Positions 55,481-64,000 of a stretch of DNA of 64,000 nt are shown here, in pieces; position 1 is the stretch's first letter, and every line of letters starts with the position of its first letter. Below the pieces are notes generated by a model, which saw only the letters and a list, made by a program, of their open reading frames with translations, had not been told where the DNA came from and made no database searches. The position numbers were made by a program, and so were the translations under genes. This DNA is from a virus (taxonomy: Duplodnaviria; Caudoviricetes), in IMG/VR virus record IMGVR_UViG_3300009183_004565. One strand, 5' to 3'.

Positions 55481-56053
55481 ATGGCTACAAATATTAAAGA
55501 TATTATTGAAAATTTAAAGACACTATCAATGACTGATAGTGCCATTAACAGCTTAATGGATTATGAGCGTGTAATTGACGAACTAGACGTATACACTTTT
55601 GATAATTGGAAAAAAGGCGAATTAGTTGAAGGGCCAAAATATGAAAAATATTTTGTAACCTGTACATTTATGTGGCCTTACAAAATGATGCCCGATCCCA
55701 GAGGCGGCGAGCGTCTATTAGATTACGGCTGCGAAATAAAATTTAAAAAAGATCATTTACAATATCCAATTAAGTTAAAGGATCCTGATGATTTTAAACC
55801 AGGAACAAAAGTACCAAAACAAGCTCGTGTTCCAGTTTGGTTAGTGGAAATTGTTATGCCCAAGCAGCTCATGCAGGAAATTAATCAAGGCAGCGTTGAA
55901 CTAGAATCTGGTACTGTTGATGCTGAAGATATTGAGCAAAGTTACGAAACAGGATTAGATGACAACATGTACAAAACAGATAGCCAAGCACCAACGTCTG
56001 CTAGCCAAGGTGAGGATACTACCCCACAAGGAGCCCAAAATGGACCATTCTAA
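55481..56053 (+). CDS. hypothetical protein (late)
   Basis: TAAATA upstream. Confidence 0.75.
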   Translation: MATNIKDIIENLKTLSMTDSAINSLMDYERVIDELDVYTFDNWKKGELVEGPKYEKYFVTCTFMWPYKMMPDPRGGERLLDYGCEIKFKKDHLQYPIKLKDPDDFKPGTKVPKQARVPVWLVEIVMPKQLMQEINQGSVELESGTVDAEDIEQSYETGLDDNMYKTDSQAPTSASQGEDTTPQGAQNGPF

Positions 56054-56591
56054 TATCAACGAAGGCTTGGAGAAAAACGATCTAAAAAGATTAGTACACC
56101 CTGAATTGCACATTGACGAATACAAAAGTAAAATGGGCAAAGATGAAGATATTATTGTGCTCAGTTTTAAAGTCACTGGGCGCGAGCCGGCTGAAGATCT
56201 TGTTAACTTCATTGAAAAAGGTTACGAATGGGTAATTGATGCCGATATCAGTTCTGGCGAAATGGGCGACGGGGATTATATTGTGTTTGTAGAAGCTGAT
56301 AGAACACGCGATATTCCTGAGAACATAATAAGTATGGTGGAAGATGTAATGAATTTGACCGAGCAGTCAATTGACGATTGGAGACTGCAACTAAGATCAA
56401 ATCCAACACAACTTGAGCTAACAGTAGATAATATTAAAAACAACGTTCCACTTACTACAAAAGATTACCTACGTCAGTACGGTTCAAAAGAACTAGACGA
56501 AATGCGTACTGCTGCTGGTATTTCAGTTAACACAAAAGCACCCAAAAACGACTATACCCAAAGCCTCAGAAGTTTAGCAGGCATCCTCTAA
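56040..56591 (+). CDS. hypothetical acidic protein
   Basis: ATG 56040 preferred. Confidence 0.7.
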   Translation: MDHSNINEGLEKNDLKRLVHPELHIDEYKSKMGKDEDIIVLSFKVTGREPAEDLVNFIEKGYEWVIDADISSGEMGDGDYIVFVEADRTRDIPENIISMVEDVMNLTEQSIDDWRLQLRSNPTQLELTVDNIKNNVPLTTKDYLRQYGSKELDEMRTAAGISVNTKAPKNDYTQSLRSLAGIL

Positions 56592-56631
56592 AAACATCCA
56601 AAATCCATAAATACTGTATCGAGGATACAGT

Positions 56632-57084
56632 ATGTGGATACTACAATTTTTACCAGATAGCTTCATTTTATATGTAGTTTATTCAGCAATAGCACTAGGT
56701 GCTGTTGGGCTACTGGCTAGCTACATCATCAAAGTTATTCCTTTCTTAAACATCTATAGAATCCCTATACAGATTTTATCTATTCTGTTGCTAACAGCTG
56801 GTGTGTACTGGTACGGCGGGTACAGCACTGAAATGTGGTGGCGCGGCGAAACTGCACGACTACAAGAAGAGATTAGAAAATCCGAAGAACGGGCTCCTGT
56901 AATTACCAAAGAAGTAGTTACAAAGTATAAAGATAAAATTCTTATTGTAAAACGTGGTGTGGAAGTTGTTAAAAAAGAAATTGAAATTAAACGTGAAATT
57001 ATTAACGAAGGCTGTAAGTTAAATCCTACAGCAGTCGAAATGTATAACAAAGGTGTAACAGGATCTGTGGAGGAAACAAAATGA
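56632..57084 (+). CDS. inner-membrane spanin-like protein
   Basis: N-terminal transmembrane segments then charged coiled coil; upstream of lipoprotein and endolysin genes. Confidence 0.55.
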   Translation: MWILQFLPDSFILYVVYSAIALGAVGLLASYIIKVIPFLNIYRIPIQILSILLLTAGVYWYGGYSTEMWWRGETARLQEEIRKSEERAPVITKEVVTKYKDKILIVKRGVEVVKKEIEIKREIINEGCKLNPTAVEMYNKGVTGSVEETK

Positions 57085-57344
57085 GATACTTCTTGTTATT
57101 AACAGTTTTCCTTGCAGCATGTACAACCACTGTTCCTGTTAAGCGTAAGTTTCCTGATGCAGACCCTTATATGTTCGAGGCTGCACCTACACTAGAAAAA
57201 CTTCCATCAAACACACAAGACCTAGACAAGTTAATTGCTAACTCCGCAGACAACTACGGAAAGTACAGAGAACTTGTACAACGTTACGAGATGTGGAAAG
57301 AGTGGTACATTAAACAAAAAGAAAACTTTGACAGCGTAAAATGA
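57081..57344 (+). CDS. lipoprotein, outer-membrane spanin-like
   Basis: Lipobox LAAC, Pro-rich; overlaps the previous gene. Confidence 0.6.
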   Translation: MRYFLLLTVFLAACTTTVPVKRKFPDADPYMFEAAPTLEKLPSNTQDLDKLIANSADNYGKYRELVQRYEMWKEWYIKQKENFDSVK

Positions 57345-57706
57345 AAAAAATAATAACAATAGCCATATTGGCAATCACATTATCAGGCTGTGCTACAGTA
57401 GACACAGTTAAAAAATACTGGCCAAGAGATCATGATCCTGTAATGTTCAATCAATTAGTAACAGCGAGTATTGCAATTGAAACAATTAATTGCGATCATC
57501 CAGATTGGAGTCCGGTAGTAGAAGTAACAAATCATTTATCCCGCTCAGCAGAATGGCGCGGTGATCCTCAAGCAGACAATCTTAAGGGATTGTTAAATCA
57601 TGCGGAACGTATGAGTCACGGTGGTAGCCGAACGTTCTGTGAACTAGGTAAGAAGACCGCTATACAAAGAATAGAAGCAGCAAAGTCTGCATGGAAAGGA
57701 AGATAA
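57341..57706 (+). CDS. lipoprotein
   Basis: Lipobox LSGC. Confidence 0.7.
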   Translation: MKKIITIAILAITLSGCATVDTVKKYWPRDHDPVMFNQLVTASIAIETINCDHPDWSPVVEVTNHLSRSAEWRGDPQADNLKGLLNHAERMSHGGSRTFCELGKKTAIQRIEAAKSAWKGR

Positions 57707-57895
57707 ATGCATCCATTGGAAACAGAAATACAAGCAATTAACGAACAATGTCAGATGGGTAATATAAGCGCCGAAGAGCGAAATTACCTATTGACAGAAA
57801 TTAGAGATATTCGTGTAGCACAAGAATGTGCAGGTAATGAACAACTGTTCAGGCAATTAGTACAAGCATGTAATATCGCTATGGCTGTAGTTTAA
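57707..57895 (+). CDS. hypothetical protein
   Basis: Adjacent ORF with GGAAGA upstream. Confidence 0.55.
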   Translation: MHPLETEIQAINEQCQMGNISAEERNYLLTEIRDIRVAQECAGNEQLFRQLVQACNIAMAVV

Positions 57896-57909
57896 TAAAA
57901 GGAGATGAA

Positions 57910-58524
57910 ATGCAATTAACGGTAAGTCAAATAAAAGAAATGGTTCCGGGTATTCCTTATGCGGACCATTGGGTTGGGGCTTTAAATCAACTATTACCTG
58001 ATTATGAAATTAACACACCCAAGCGTGTAGCAGCATTCATTGCTCAGTGTGCTCATGAGTCGGGCGGATTTAAGTTTTTATCTGAGAACTTGAATTATAA
58101 AGCAGAAAGCCTAATGAAAGTATTCCCAAAATACTTTACCGACATGGGCACTGCAAAAGCTTATGAAAAGCAACCTGCAAAGATTGCAAATAAGATTTAC
58201 GGAGGTCGTATGGGCAACGGCGACGAGGCCTCGGGCGATGGTTTTAAGTACCGCGGTCGTGGACTAATTCAATTGACTGGTAAAACAAACTACGAATGGT
58301 TTGCAGCTAGTATTGAAGTTAGTCCTGAAGTGGCAAGTGCATACCTAGAAACATTTGAAGGTGCTGCACAAAGTGCTTGCTGGTTTTGGGAAAGCAACAA
58401 CCTAAACAAAGAAGCCGATGCTGGTGATATCAAGTTAATGACTAAAAAAATCAATGGTGGTTACATTGGGTTAGATGATCGCATCAAGCATTACAATCAC
58501 ATGTTGCATGTGCTAGGAGCATAA
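57910..58524 (+). CDS. GH19 endolysin
   Basis: AAFIAQCAHESGGF, YRGRGLIQLTGKTNY, TKKINGG. Confidence 0.95.
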   Translation: MQLTVSQIKEMVPGIPYADHWVGALNQLLPDYEINTPKRVAAFIAQCAHESGGFKFLSENLNYKAESLMKVFPKYFTDMGTAKAYEKQPAKIANKIYGGRMGNGDEASGDGFKYRGRGLIQLTGKTNYEWFAASIEVSPEVASAYLETFEGAAQSACWFWESNNLNKEADAGDIKLMTKKINGGYIGLDDRIKHYNHMLHVLGA

Positions 58525-58525
58525 T

Positions 58526-58771
58526 ATGAAATATCTACTAGTTCTATTATTACCCATGACTCTCATGGCGTGTACTGAAGGGTATCGTTACCCTTGCCAA
58601 GATCCAGACAACTGGGATAAAAAAGAATGCAAGAAGCCGTACTGTAGTGCAAACGGAACTTGCCCCGAAGACTTGCAACATTACGAAAAAGATAAAGCAG
58701 GTAACCCTATTCAACAAGTGGTACCCATGCAACCATCACAAAAAAATACATCTAAAGGAGATTGTAAATGA
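58526..58771 (+). CDS. Cys-rich lipoprotein
   Basis: LMAC lipobox; YRYPCQDPDNW...CKKPYCSANGTCP. Confidence 0.7.
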   Translation: MKYLLVLLLPMTLMACTEGYRYPCQDPDNWDKKECKKPYCSANGTCPEDLQHYEKDKAGNPIQQVVPMQPSQKNTSKGDCK

Positions 58772-59214
58772 TATTCGCAAAAGAAAAATATACTACTGAC
58801 GAATTAAACGCACGACTGAAGTTTTTTATTGGTATTATTCTTGGTTTAACCCTGTTTGGTATTGTGTTTGTTGTTTTATTCAGTTTGATTTTTGTAACAC
58901 AACCAATGAACGGAATGAGTCCAGTTGATAACAAGTTCTTTGAACTTATTATTCCTGTTGCCACATTCTTGACTGGTACATTGTCAGGCATTATGCTGGC
59001 CGGCGATGACAAGGATTTGCGTGGTAAAGCGATTGATGCTGCAACTAAACCGTATACACCACCACCAGAACCATCATCAGTTGCAAAAGCATCAGCACCT
59101 AGCTTTAGCCCAGCACCAGTTGTAGCAGCAGCGGCAGCACCCGCAGCAACCGATTCAGTACAAATGGTAAATGGTAAGCCAGCTCCAGTGCAGCCAGCAT
59201 TTCCAGAAATTTAA
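58768..59214 (+). CDS. two-TM membrane protein (holin/antiholin candidate)
   Basis: Two hydrophobic helices, Pro/Ala-rich tail, inside the lysis cluster. Confidence 0.55.
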   Translation: MIFAKEKYTTDELNARLKFFIGIILGLTLFGIVFVVLFSLIFVTQPMNGMSPVDNKFFELIIPVATFLTGTLSGIMLAGDDKDLRGKAIDAATKPYTPPPEPSSVAKASAPSFSPAPVVAAAAAPAATDSVQMVNGKPAPVQPAFPEI

Positions 59215-59226
59215 GGAAAAGGTACA

Positions 59227-59454
59227 ATGAGCTTTATAACTGATATGTTAAAAGCAGAAGGCGATAGTAATCCTAGTAGTAAAAGGACTATTGCCCTTTT
59301 GGCTTTTTTATTACTTGGTACTAGTTTTATCACTGAATTGTTCTATGGTATGAAAGTAAGTCAACCTACCATTGACACAATGATGTATATTGTAATTGGT
59401 GGATTAGGATTTACATCTGCAGAAAAATTTATTAAAAAGGAAGAAAAGAAATGA
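59227..59454 (+). CDS. holin-like two-TM protein
   Basis: PSSKRTIALLAF..., GLGFTSAEKF. Confidence 0.55.
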   Translation: MSFITDMLKAEGDSNPSSKRTIALLAFLLLGTSFITELFYGMKVSQPTIDTMMYIVIGGLGFTSAEKFIKKEEKK

Positions 59455-59639
59455 AATATCTATTAGCACTTATGATTGGTTTATTTGCAACCACAGCAGT
59501 ATATGCCGAAGCAGAAACTAAAAAGGCATGTGTAAAACAAATGGATCCAAAGACCAAGAAGGAAAAAGAAGTTTGCAAAACTATCAAGGTTCATAAGAAA
59601 CTTGAAGGTACTGCAATTCCCGACGGCAAGAAGAAGTAA
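59451..59639 (+). CDS. small exported Lys-rich protein
   Basis: Signal peptide, Cys pair. Confidence 0.6.
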   Translation: MKYLLALMIGLFATTAVYAEAETKKACVKQMDPKTKKEKEVCKTIKVHKKLEGTAIPDGKKK

Positions 59640-59712
59640 TTCTCTGTAACTCAATTGTACGGTCAATGCCAAAAGTGTTGACCGTATTTCATTTATACTA
59701 TATAATATTACT

Positions 59713-60576
59713 ATGACACATTATGATACCTTGGGAGTTCCTGAGTCCGCCAGTCTGGATGAAATTAAAAAGGCCTATCGTAAGTTGGCCAATCAACATC
59801 ATCCTGACAAAGGCGGTGATACAAATCAATTCCAACAAATACAAGCGGCATATGACGCTGTCGGAGACGAACAAAAACGTGCCCAGTATGATGCCGAACG
59901 CCGTGGCGGTGGCGGATTCAGATTTACAGTAAATGGACAGGATGTTGGCGGTGGTGGTATGCCGCATGAAATGGAAGATATGTTGCGTAATTTTGGATTT
60001 GCATTTGGGCCGGGCTTTGCTGGGCACGGAGATCCATTTGCACAATTTAGGCAACCGCGACGTAACAAAGATCTGCAAGTGGATGTAATTGTTAGTCTTG
60101 CTAGTACACTAGATGCTCAAACAAAAACAATCAGCGTTCAAAATACCAATGGTGATCGTACTACAGTTGAAGTACAAATACCACGTGGTGTGAAACCCAA
60201 TAGTACAATTAAATATCCCGGGCTCGGAGATAACTTCTTTACCTCGTTACAGCGTGGAGATCTTTATGTTAGAATTCACGTAGAAGGTGATACTAGATTT
60301 ACAGTAGATAATTTAGATTTATATAAGACCATTGAAGTTTCATGTGTTGATGCTATGCTTGGTTGTGTATTAACTGTAGAAGGTTTGGATAATAAAAAAT
60401 TTGATATTACTCTCCCAGCTGGCTCGCAACACGGATCTAAATTTAGACTGCCACAACAAGGATTGTATGCAATGAACCAAACCCATAGAGGATCATTGAT
60501 TGTAGTATTGCATATTAACATTCCTACTAATTTATCTGAGTCACAAATCGCTGTATTACGCAACATCTTCAACTAA
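59713..60576 (+). CDS. dnaJ: DnaJ/CbpA-type co-chaperone
   Basis: J-domain HHPDKGG, G/F region, C-terminal domains, no zinc finger. Confidence 0.92.
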   Translation: MTHYDTLGVPESASLDEIKKAYRKLANQHHPDKGGDTNQFQQIQAAYDAVGDEQKRAQYDAERRGGGGFRFTVNGQDVGGGGMPHEMEDMLRNFGFAFGPGFAGHGDPFAQFRQPRRNKDLQVDVIVSLASTLDAQTKTISVQNTNGDRTTVEVQIPRGVKPNSTIKYPGLGDNFFTSLQRGDLYVRIHVEGDTRFTVDNLDLYKTIEVSCVDAMLGCVLTVEGLDNKKFDITLPAGSQHGSKFRLPQQGLYAMNQTHRGSLIVVLHINIPTNLSESQIAVLRNIFN

Positions 60577-60592
60577 TAATATAAATATTTTT

Positions 60593-62875
60593 ATGTTACA
60601 AACCAATCCCGAAATTGATCATGTTGTGTCCGAAGCTACGCTTTTAGCAAAATCTTTCAGTCACGAGTATGTAACACTGGAGCATGTCTTTTTAAGTATG
60701 GTTAGATATGATCCATTTAAAGATTTCATTGTCAGTTACGGTGCCGATGTTGAGGGTCTAGATGCAGACCTTGATGCTTATCTTGGTGCACAAGACTTGT
60801 TGGTAGTAAACGATTCTGATCCTAAAAAAACACATGCCTTAGAGCGTGTTTTTAATCGTGCATTCACCCAGGTACTTTTTAGTTCCAGAACCCATGTACA
60901 AATGATGGATTTATTTCTAAGTATCCATGCAGAAACTAGTAGCTATGCACATTACTTTATGGTCAAGTACAATCTTGATCGTGCAAAGCTTGTTGAAATG
61001 TACAATAAAAGTTATAAATCTGAAGCAGGTAAAGCTGTAGCAAGTGCAAGTCAAGCAGATAAGATTCTTGAACACTACTGTGACAACTTAAACAAAAAAG
61101 CCGAAGAGGGTAATATAGATCCGGTTATCGGAAGAGAAAACGAAACTAACGAAATTGTTGAAACTTTAGCACGTCGTAACAAATCAAATGTACTAATGAT
61201 TGGCGATCCAGGTGTTGGTAAAACAGCAATTGCCGAAGGATTAGCTCTAGCTATTGTTCTCAAAACAGTGCCAGAATATCTACTAGACTATACAGTATAC
61301 AATCTTGATATCAGCAGCTTGTTGGCAGGTAGTAAGTACCGCGGCGACTTTGAAGAAAAGATACACGAAATACTTGCAGCACTTAATGTTAAAGGCAAGT
61401 CAATACTGTTCATTGACGAAGCACATCAAATGCGCGGTGCAGGTGCAGGAAGTCAAAATAGTGTAGACTTTAGTAATATAATTAAACCTGCACTAAGCAA
61501 AGGTAAAATTAAAGTTATTGCTAGTACTACATGGGAAGAATATACGCAGAGTTTTGAAAAGGATCGTGCATTAATGCGACGCTTTCAACGTATTACTATC
61601 GACGAACCAAGTCCAGTAATAGCCAAAGAAATTTTATACGGATTACGTCTAAATTTTGAAAAGTTTCATGACGGTACTATTACCGACGATGCTATTGATG
61701 CAGCAGTTGAGCTCAGTGTGCGTTATCAAACAGATAAAAAACTCCCAGATAAGGCAATTGATCTTATTGATGCTTCTTGTGCCAAGTTAAAAATTAAAGG
61801 TACAGCATGGATTGTGGATCGTGCTGTTATCATTAACACTATCAGTAGACTTACTAGAATTCCTGTAGAACAGATTGGTAATACTGAAGGCGCAAAAGGA
61901 ATTGAAGGTCTAGAAGCAAATGTCAAAGATCGACTGTACGGACAAGATGCTGCTGTAGATACTGTGCTAGAAAAAATCTATGTTAGCCGTGCAGGATTGA
62001 AATCATTGAGTAAGCCAATTGGTAACTTCTTGTTCTTGGGTCCAACTGGTACTGGTAAAACAGAACTAGCAAAGTTACTGGCAGAAAATCTTGGCATGAA
62101 ACTGTTACGTTACGATATGAGTGAATATCAAGAACGTCATACTGTTGCTAAACTAATTGGTGCTCCTCCAGGCTATGTGGGCTACGAAGATGGCAACTTG
62201 GGTGGTGGGTTACTGATCAGTGATATTGAAAAGAATCCAAACTGTATTATACTAATGGACGAAATTGAAAAAGCTCATCCTGATGTAAGCAACATCTTAC
62301 TGCAAATGATGGATGAAGGAACTATTACCAGCAGTAACGGTAAGAAAGCCGACTGTCGCAATGCTATTGTTATTCTAACCAGTAATCTTGGTGCTGCGGA
62401 TAACGAACGTAACACAATTGGTTTTACCAAAGAACTGCAGAAATCCGGCGAAGATGACAAAGCAGTTAAAGACTTCTTTAAACCTGAATTTCGTAATCGT
62501 TTAGATGGCATTGTCAAGTTTGCCAAACTTGATGATCTAAGTATGCGTAAGATTGTTGGCAAGTTTATTGGTGAACTAAACGATTTACTACTAGAAAAAC
62601 AATTACGTGTTAGACTAACTGAAGCTGCAGTAGACGAATTGGTTACTAAAGGGTTTGATCCCAAGATGGGTGCTCGTCCATTGCAACGAAAGATCAATGA
62701 CTTAATTAAAGTACCTCTAAGTAAAAAGATCTTGTTTGACAAAATTCCTAGTAACAGTATAATAGTAGTAGGTTTTGTCGATGATAAGTTTGATTTTCAA
62801 ATTATAGCTTCGGCTGATACCACATATAGAATAGACGAAAATGGATATATCCTTTTGGAAGAGCCTATCATCTGA
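60593..62875 (+). CDS. clpA: ClpA-like AAA+ unfoldase
   Basis: Clp-N domain, GDPGVGKT and GPTGTGKT, IGAPPGYVG, FKPEFRNRLD; no ClpB middle domain; IGF-like IGFT loop. Confidence 0.92.
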   Translation: MLQTNPEIDHVVSEATLLAKSFSHEYVTLEHVFLSMVRYDPFKDFIVSYGADVEGLDADLDAYLGAQDLLVVNDSDPKKTHALERVFNRAFTQVLFSSRTHVQMMDLFLSIHAETSSYAHYFMVKYNLDRAKLVEMYNKSYKSEAGKAVASASQADKILEHYCDNLNKKAEEGNIDPVIGRENETNEIVETLARRNKSNVLMIGDPGVGKTAIAEGLALAIVLKTVPEYLLDYTVYNLDISSLLAGSKYRGDFEEKIHEILAALNVKGKSILFIDEAHQMRGAGAGSQNSVDFSNIIKPALSKGKIKVIASTTWEEYTQSFEKDRALMRRFQRITIDEPSPVIAKEILYGLRLNFEKFHDGTITDDAIDAAVELSVRYQTDKKLPDKAIDLIDASCAKLKIKGTAWIVDRAVIINTISRLTRIPVEQIGNTEGAKGIEGLEANVKDRLYGQDAAVDTVLEKIYVSRAGLKSLSKPIGNFLFLGPTGTGKTELAKLLAENLGMKLLRYDMSEYQERHTVAKLIGAPPGYVGYEDGNLGGGLLISDIEKNPNCIILMDEIEKAHPDVSNILLQMMDEGTITSSNGKKADCRNAIVILTSNLGAADNERNTIGFTKELQKSGEDDKAVKDFFKPEFRNRLDGIVKFAKLDDLSMRKIVGKFIGELNDLLLEKQLRVRLTEAAVDELVTKGFDPKMGARPLQRKINDLIKVPLSKKILFDKIPSNSIIVVGFVDDKFDFQIIASADTTYRIDENGYILLEEPII

Positions 62876-63560
62876 CGTTCAGATTGAGTATACTTCTAAG
62901 CAGTTTTACAAACAATACCTATATCGATTAGAGATAAATGCACCCGGATGCAAAAGTATTCGTAGTGAAGATATAGGTGAAAATATTGAACGTAGAAAGT
63001 CTTTTGCTCGAGATTACAACTATGGTGGTTCGTGGTGGGATAAAAGATTAAGGGAGATTCTATCATCTGCGGATATAGGATTTTTATACGCCCTTAAAGA
63101 TTTATTCTACGAATACCCGGATGTTAAAATTCGCACAGAAGAACCAAAAGTATCCATTTATGCTGATTGCGAGATCATGCTGCAAAGTGTAGCTAAATCT
63201 ATCAGTCCCGATTATAGACATCATATCATTTCAGCTACAGGCCCAGAGAGCAGTTTCAAAGAAAACATCTTAAAGGGTAATGCTGTTTTGGTAAAACGGC
63301 AACCGGCATTTAAATATCGTGTTTATTTCAAAGAAAAACGGTTTGACATAACGTCAAGAGTCCAAATACACAACTATCTTGTAAGCCTTGGTGATTTAGT
63401 AAAGATGACTTCAAATACTCAAGAACAATTAACTAGATCCGGAGATTGGATGTGGGGTTGTTATTTCTACACCAACGATCCCGGAGTAGCTAATTTGGTG
63501 CGTATTATTAATCCAGATATCATCAGAGAAGTTTGTGAGCTGGTATATATACAGGAATAA
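62841..63560 (+). CDS. hypothetical protein
   Basis: 239-aa ORF. Confidence 0.7.
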   Translation: MDISFWKSLSSDVQIEYTSKQFYKQYLYRLEINAPGCKSIRSEDIGENIERRKSFARDYNYGGSWWDKRLREILSSADIGFLYALKDLFYEYPDVKIRTEEPKVSIYADCEIMLQSVAKSISPDYRHHIISATGPESSFKENILKGNAVLVKRQPAFKYRVYFKEKRFDITSRVQIHNYLVSLGDLVKMTSNTQEQLTRSGDWMWGCYFYTNDPGVANLVRIINPDIIREVCELVYIQE

Positions 63561-63582
63561 ATACCTGTATATCAAGGAGCCC

Positions 63583-63756
63583 ATGATGGCAAAAATACAC
63601 GAAGAAGTAATTGTAATTACAGTCAGTAAACTAGTAAAAGACTCTGATGCAGTAGATGCACCTGATCTTGCAAATACAGAGATCATTGCAGCTTTAGGAT
63701 CAGTAGCAGAAGAATTATTCGGCAACGGCGTTGTTGTCGAAGTAAACAAAGCCTAA
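63583..63756 (+). CDS. small hypothetical protein
   Basis: TAAATA and AAGGAG upstream. Confidence 0.65.
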   Translation: MMAKIHEEVIVITVSKLVKDSDAVDAPDLANTEIIAALGSVAEELFGNGVVVEVNKA

Positions 63757-63781
63757 TCAAATTTAACCAAGAGAGAAATCA

Positions 63782-64000
63782 ATGACCAAAAAAGTAATTG
63801 GAGATAATGCCTCTACGCAGGCAAGCGCAGTGGCCGCGATTAAAGCAGCAGCAGCACAACGTGCAGGTGCTACCCCTTCACCAACTGATGCAGTTGCAAT
63901 GATTAAAGCAGCAGCAGCAAAGCAACAACAAGCACCACAACAACAAGGTCAACAATTTGACTTTAGTAAATGTCATTTACATATTGGTATGCCTTGTTAC
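63782..64000 (+). CDS. 3'-truncated ORF, Ala/Gln-rich N-terminus then HIGMPCY (possible glycosyltransferase-like)
   Basis: ATG 63782, open to the window end. Confidence 0.55.
   Translation, partial: MTKKVIGDNASTQASAVAAIKAAAAQRAGATPSPTDAVAMIKAAAAKQQQAPQQQGQQFDFSKCHLHIGMPCY

Noticed and set aside
1-64000. Alternative genetic code (stop-codon reassignment)
   Set aside because: Long recognisable genes are intact under code 11, and TAG and TGA both terminate genes at sensible positions.

Overview
This 64 kb, AT-rich, gene-dense window reads as a segment of a large (jumbo-type) tailed dsDNA phage of a Gram-negative, probably aquatic proteobacterial host. The host assignment is inferred from the outer-membrane porin, lipoprotein spanin candidates, PqqA and PstS; no database search was run. 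Layout: (1) 1-9.9 kb, short early ORFs behind repeated sigma70 promoter/RBS cassettes, plus a circularly permuted two-piece tmRNA; (2) 9.9-21.4 kb, an accessory metabolic island with PstS, a phosphate-selective porin, a PlcP-like phosphoesterase and Agt-like glycosyltransferase, rubrerythrin, an unannotated PqqA peptide, a secreted formamidase-family enzyme and a PP-loop protein; (3) 21.4-27.8 kb, eight tRNAs interleaved with a ~370 nt highly structured unexplained RNA and other RNA hairpin elements; (4) 28-35 kb, small genes including an ATE/Bpt-like transferase, IF-1, SOD and ErpA; (5) 35-45 kb, baseplate and tail-fibre genes; (6) 45-55 kb, MazG, a DnaE fragment, GroES, clamp loader, radical SAM, PhoH and a diiron/GATase/methyltransferase cluster; (7) 55-64 kb, GH19 lysis cassette, DnaJ and ClpA. 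Strongest leads: a Pho-box-type regulon with identical architecture at three promoters driving phosphate uptake and a membrane-lipid remodelling pair; the large ncRNA; a shared hairpin linker that follows both the tmRNA CCA and the tRNA-Leu CCA; the phage pqqA; and a class of apparently leaderless late genes. All product calls come from motif recognition by eye.
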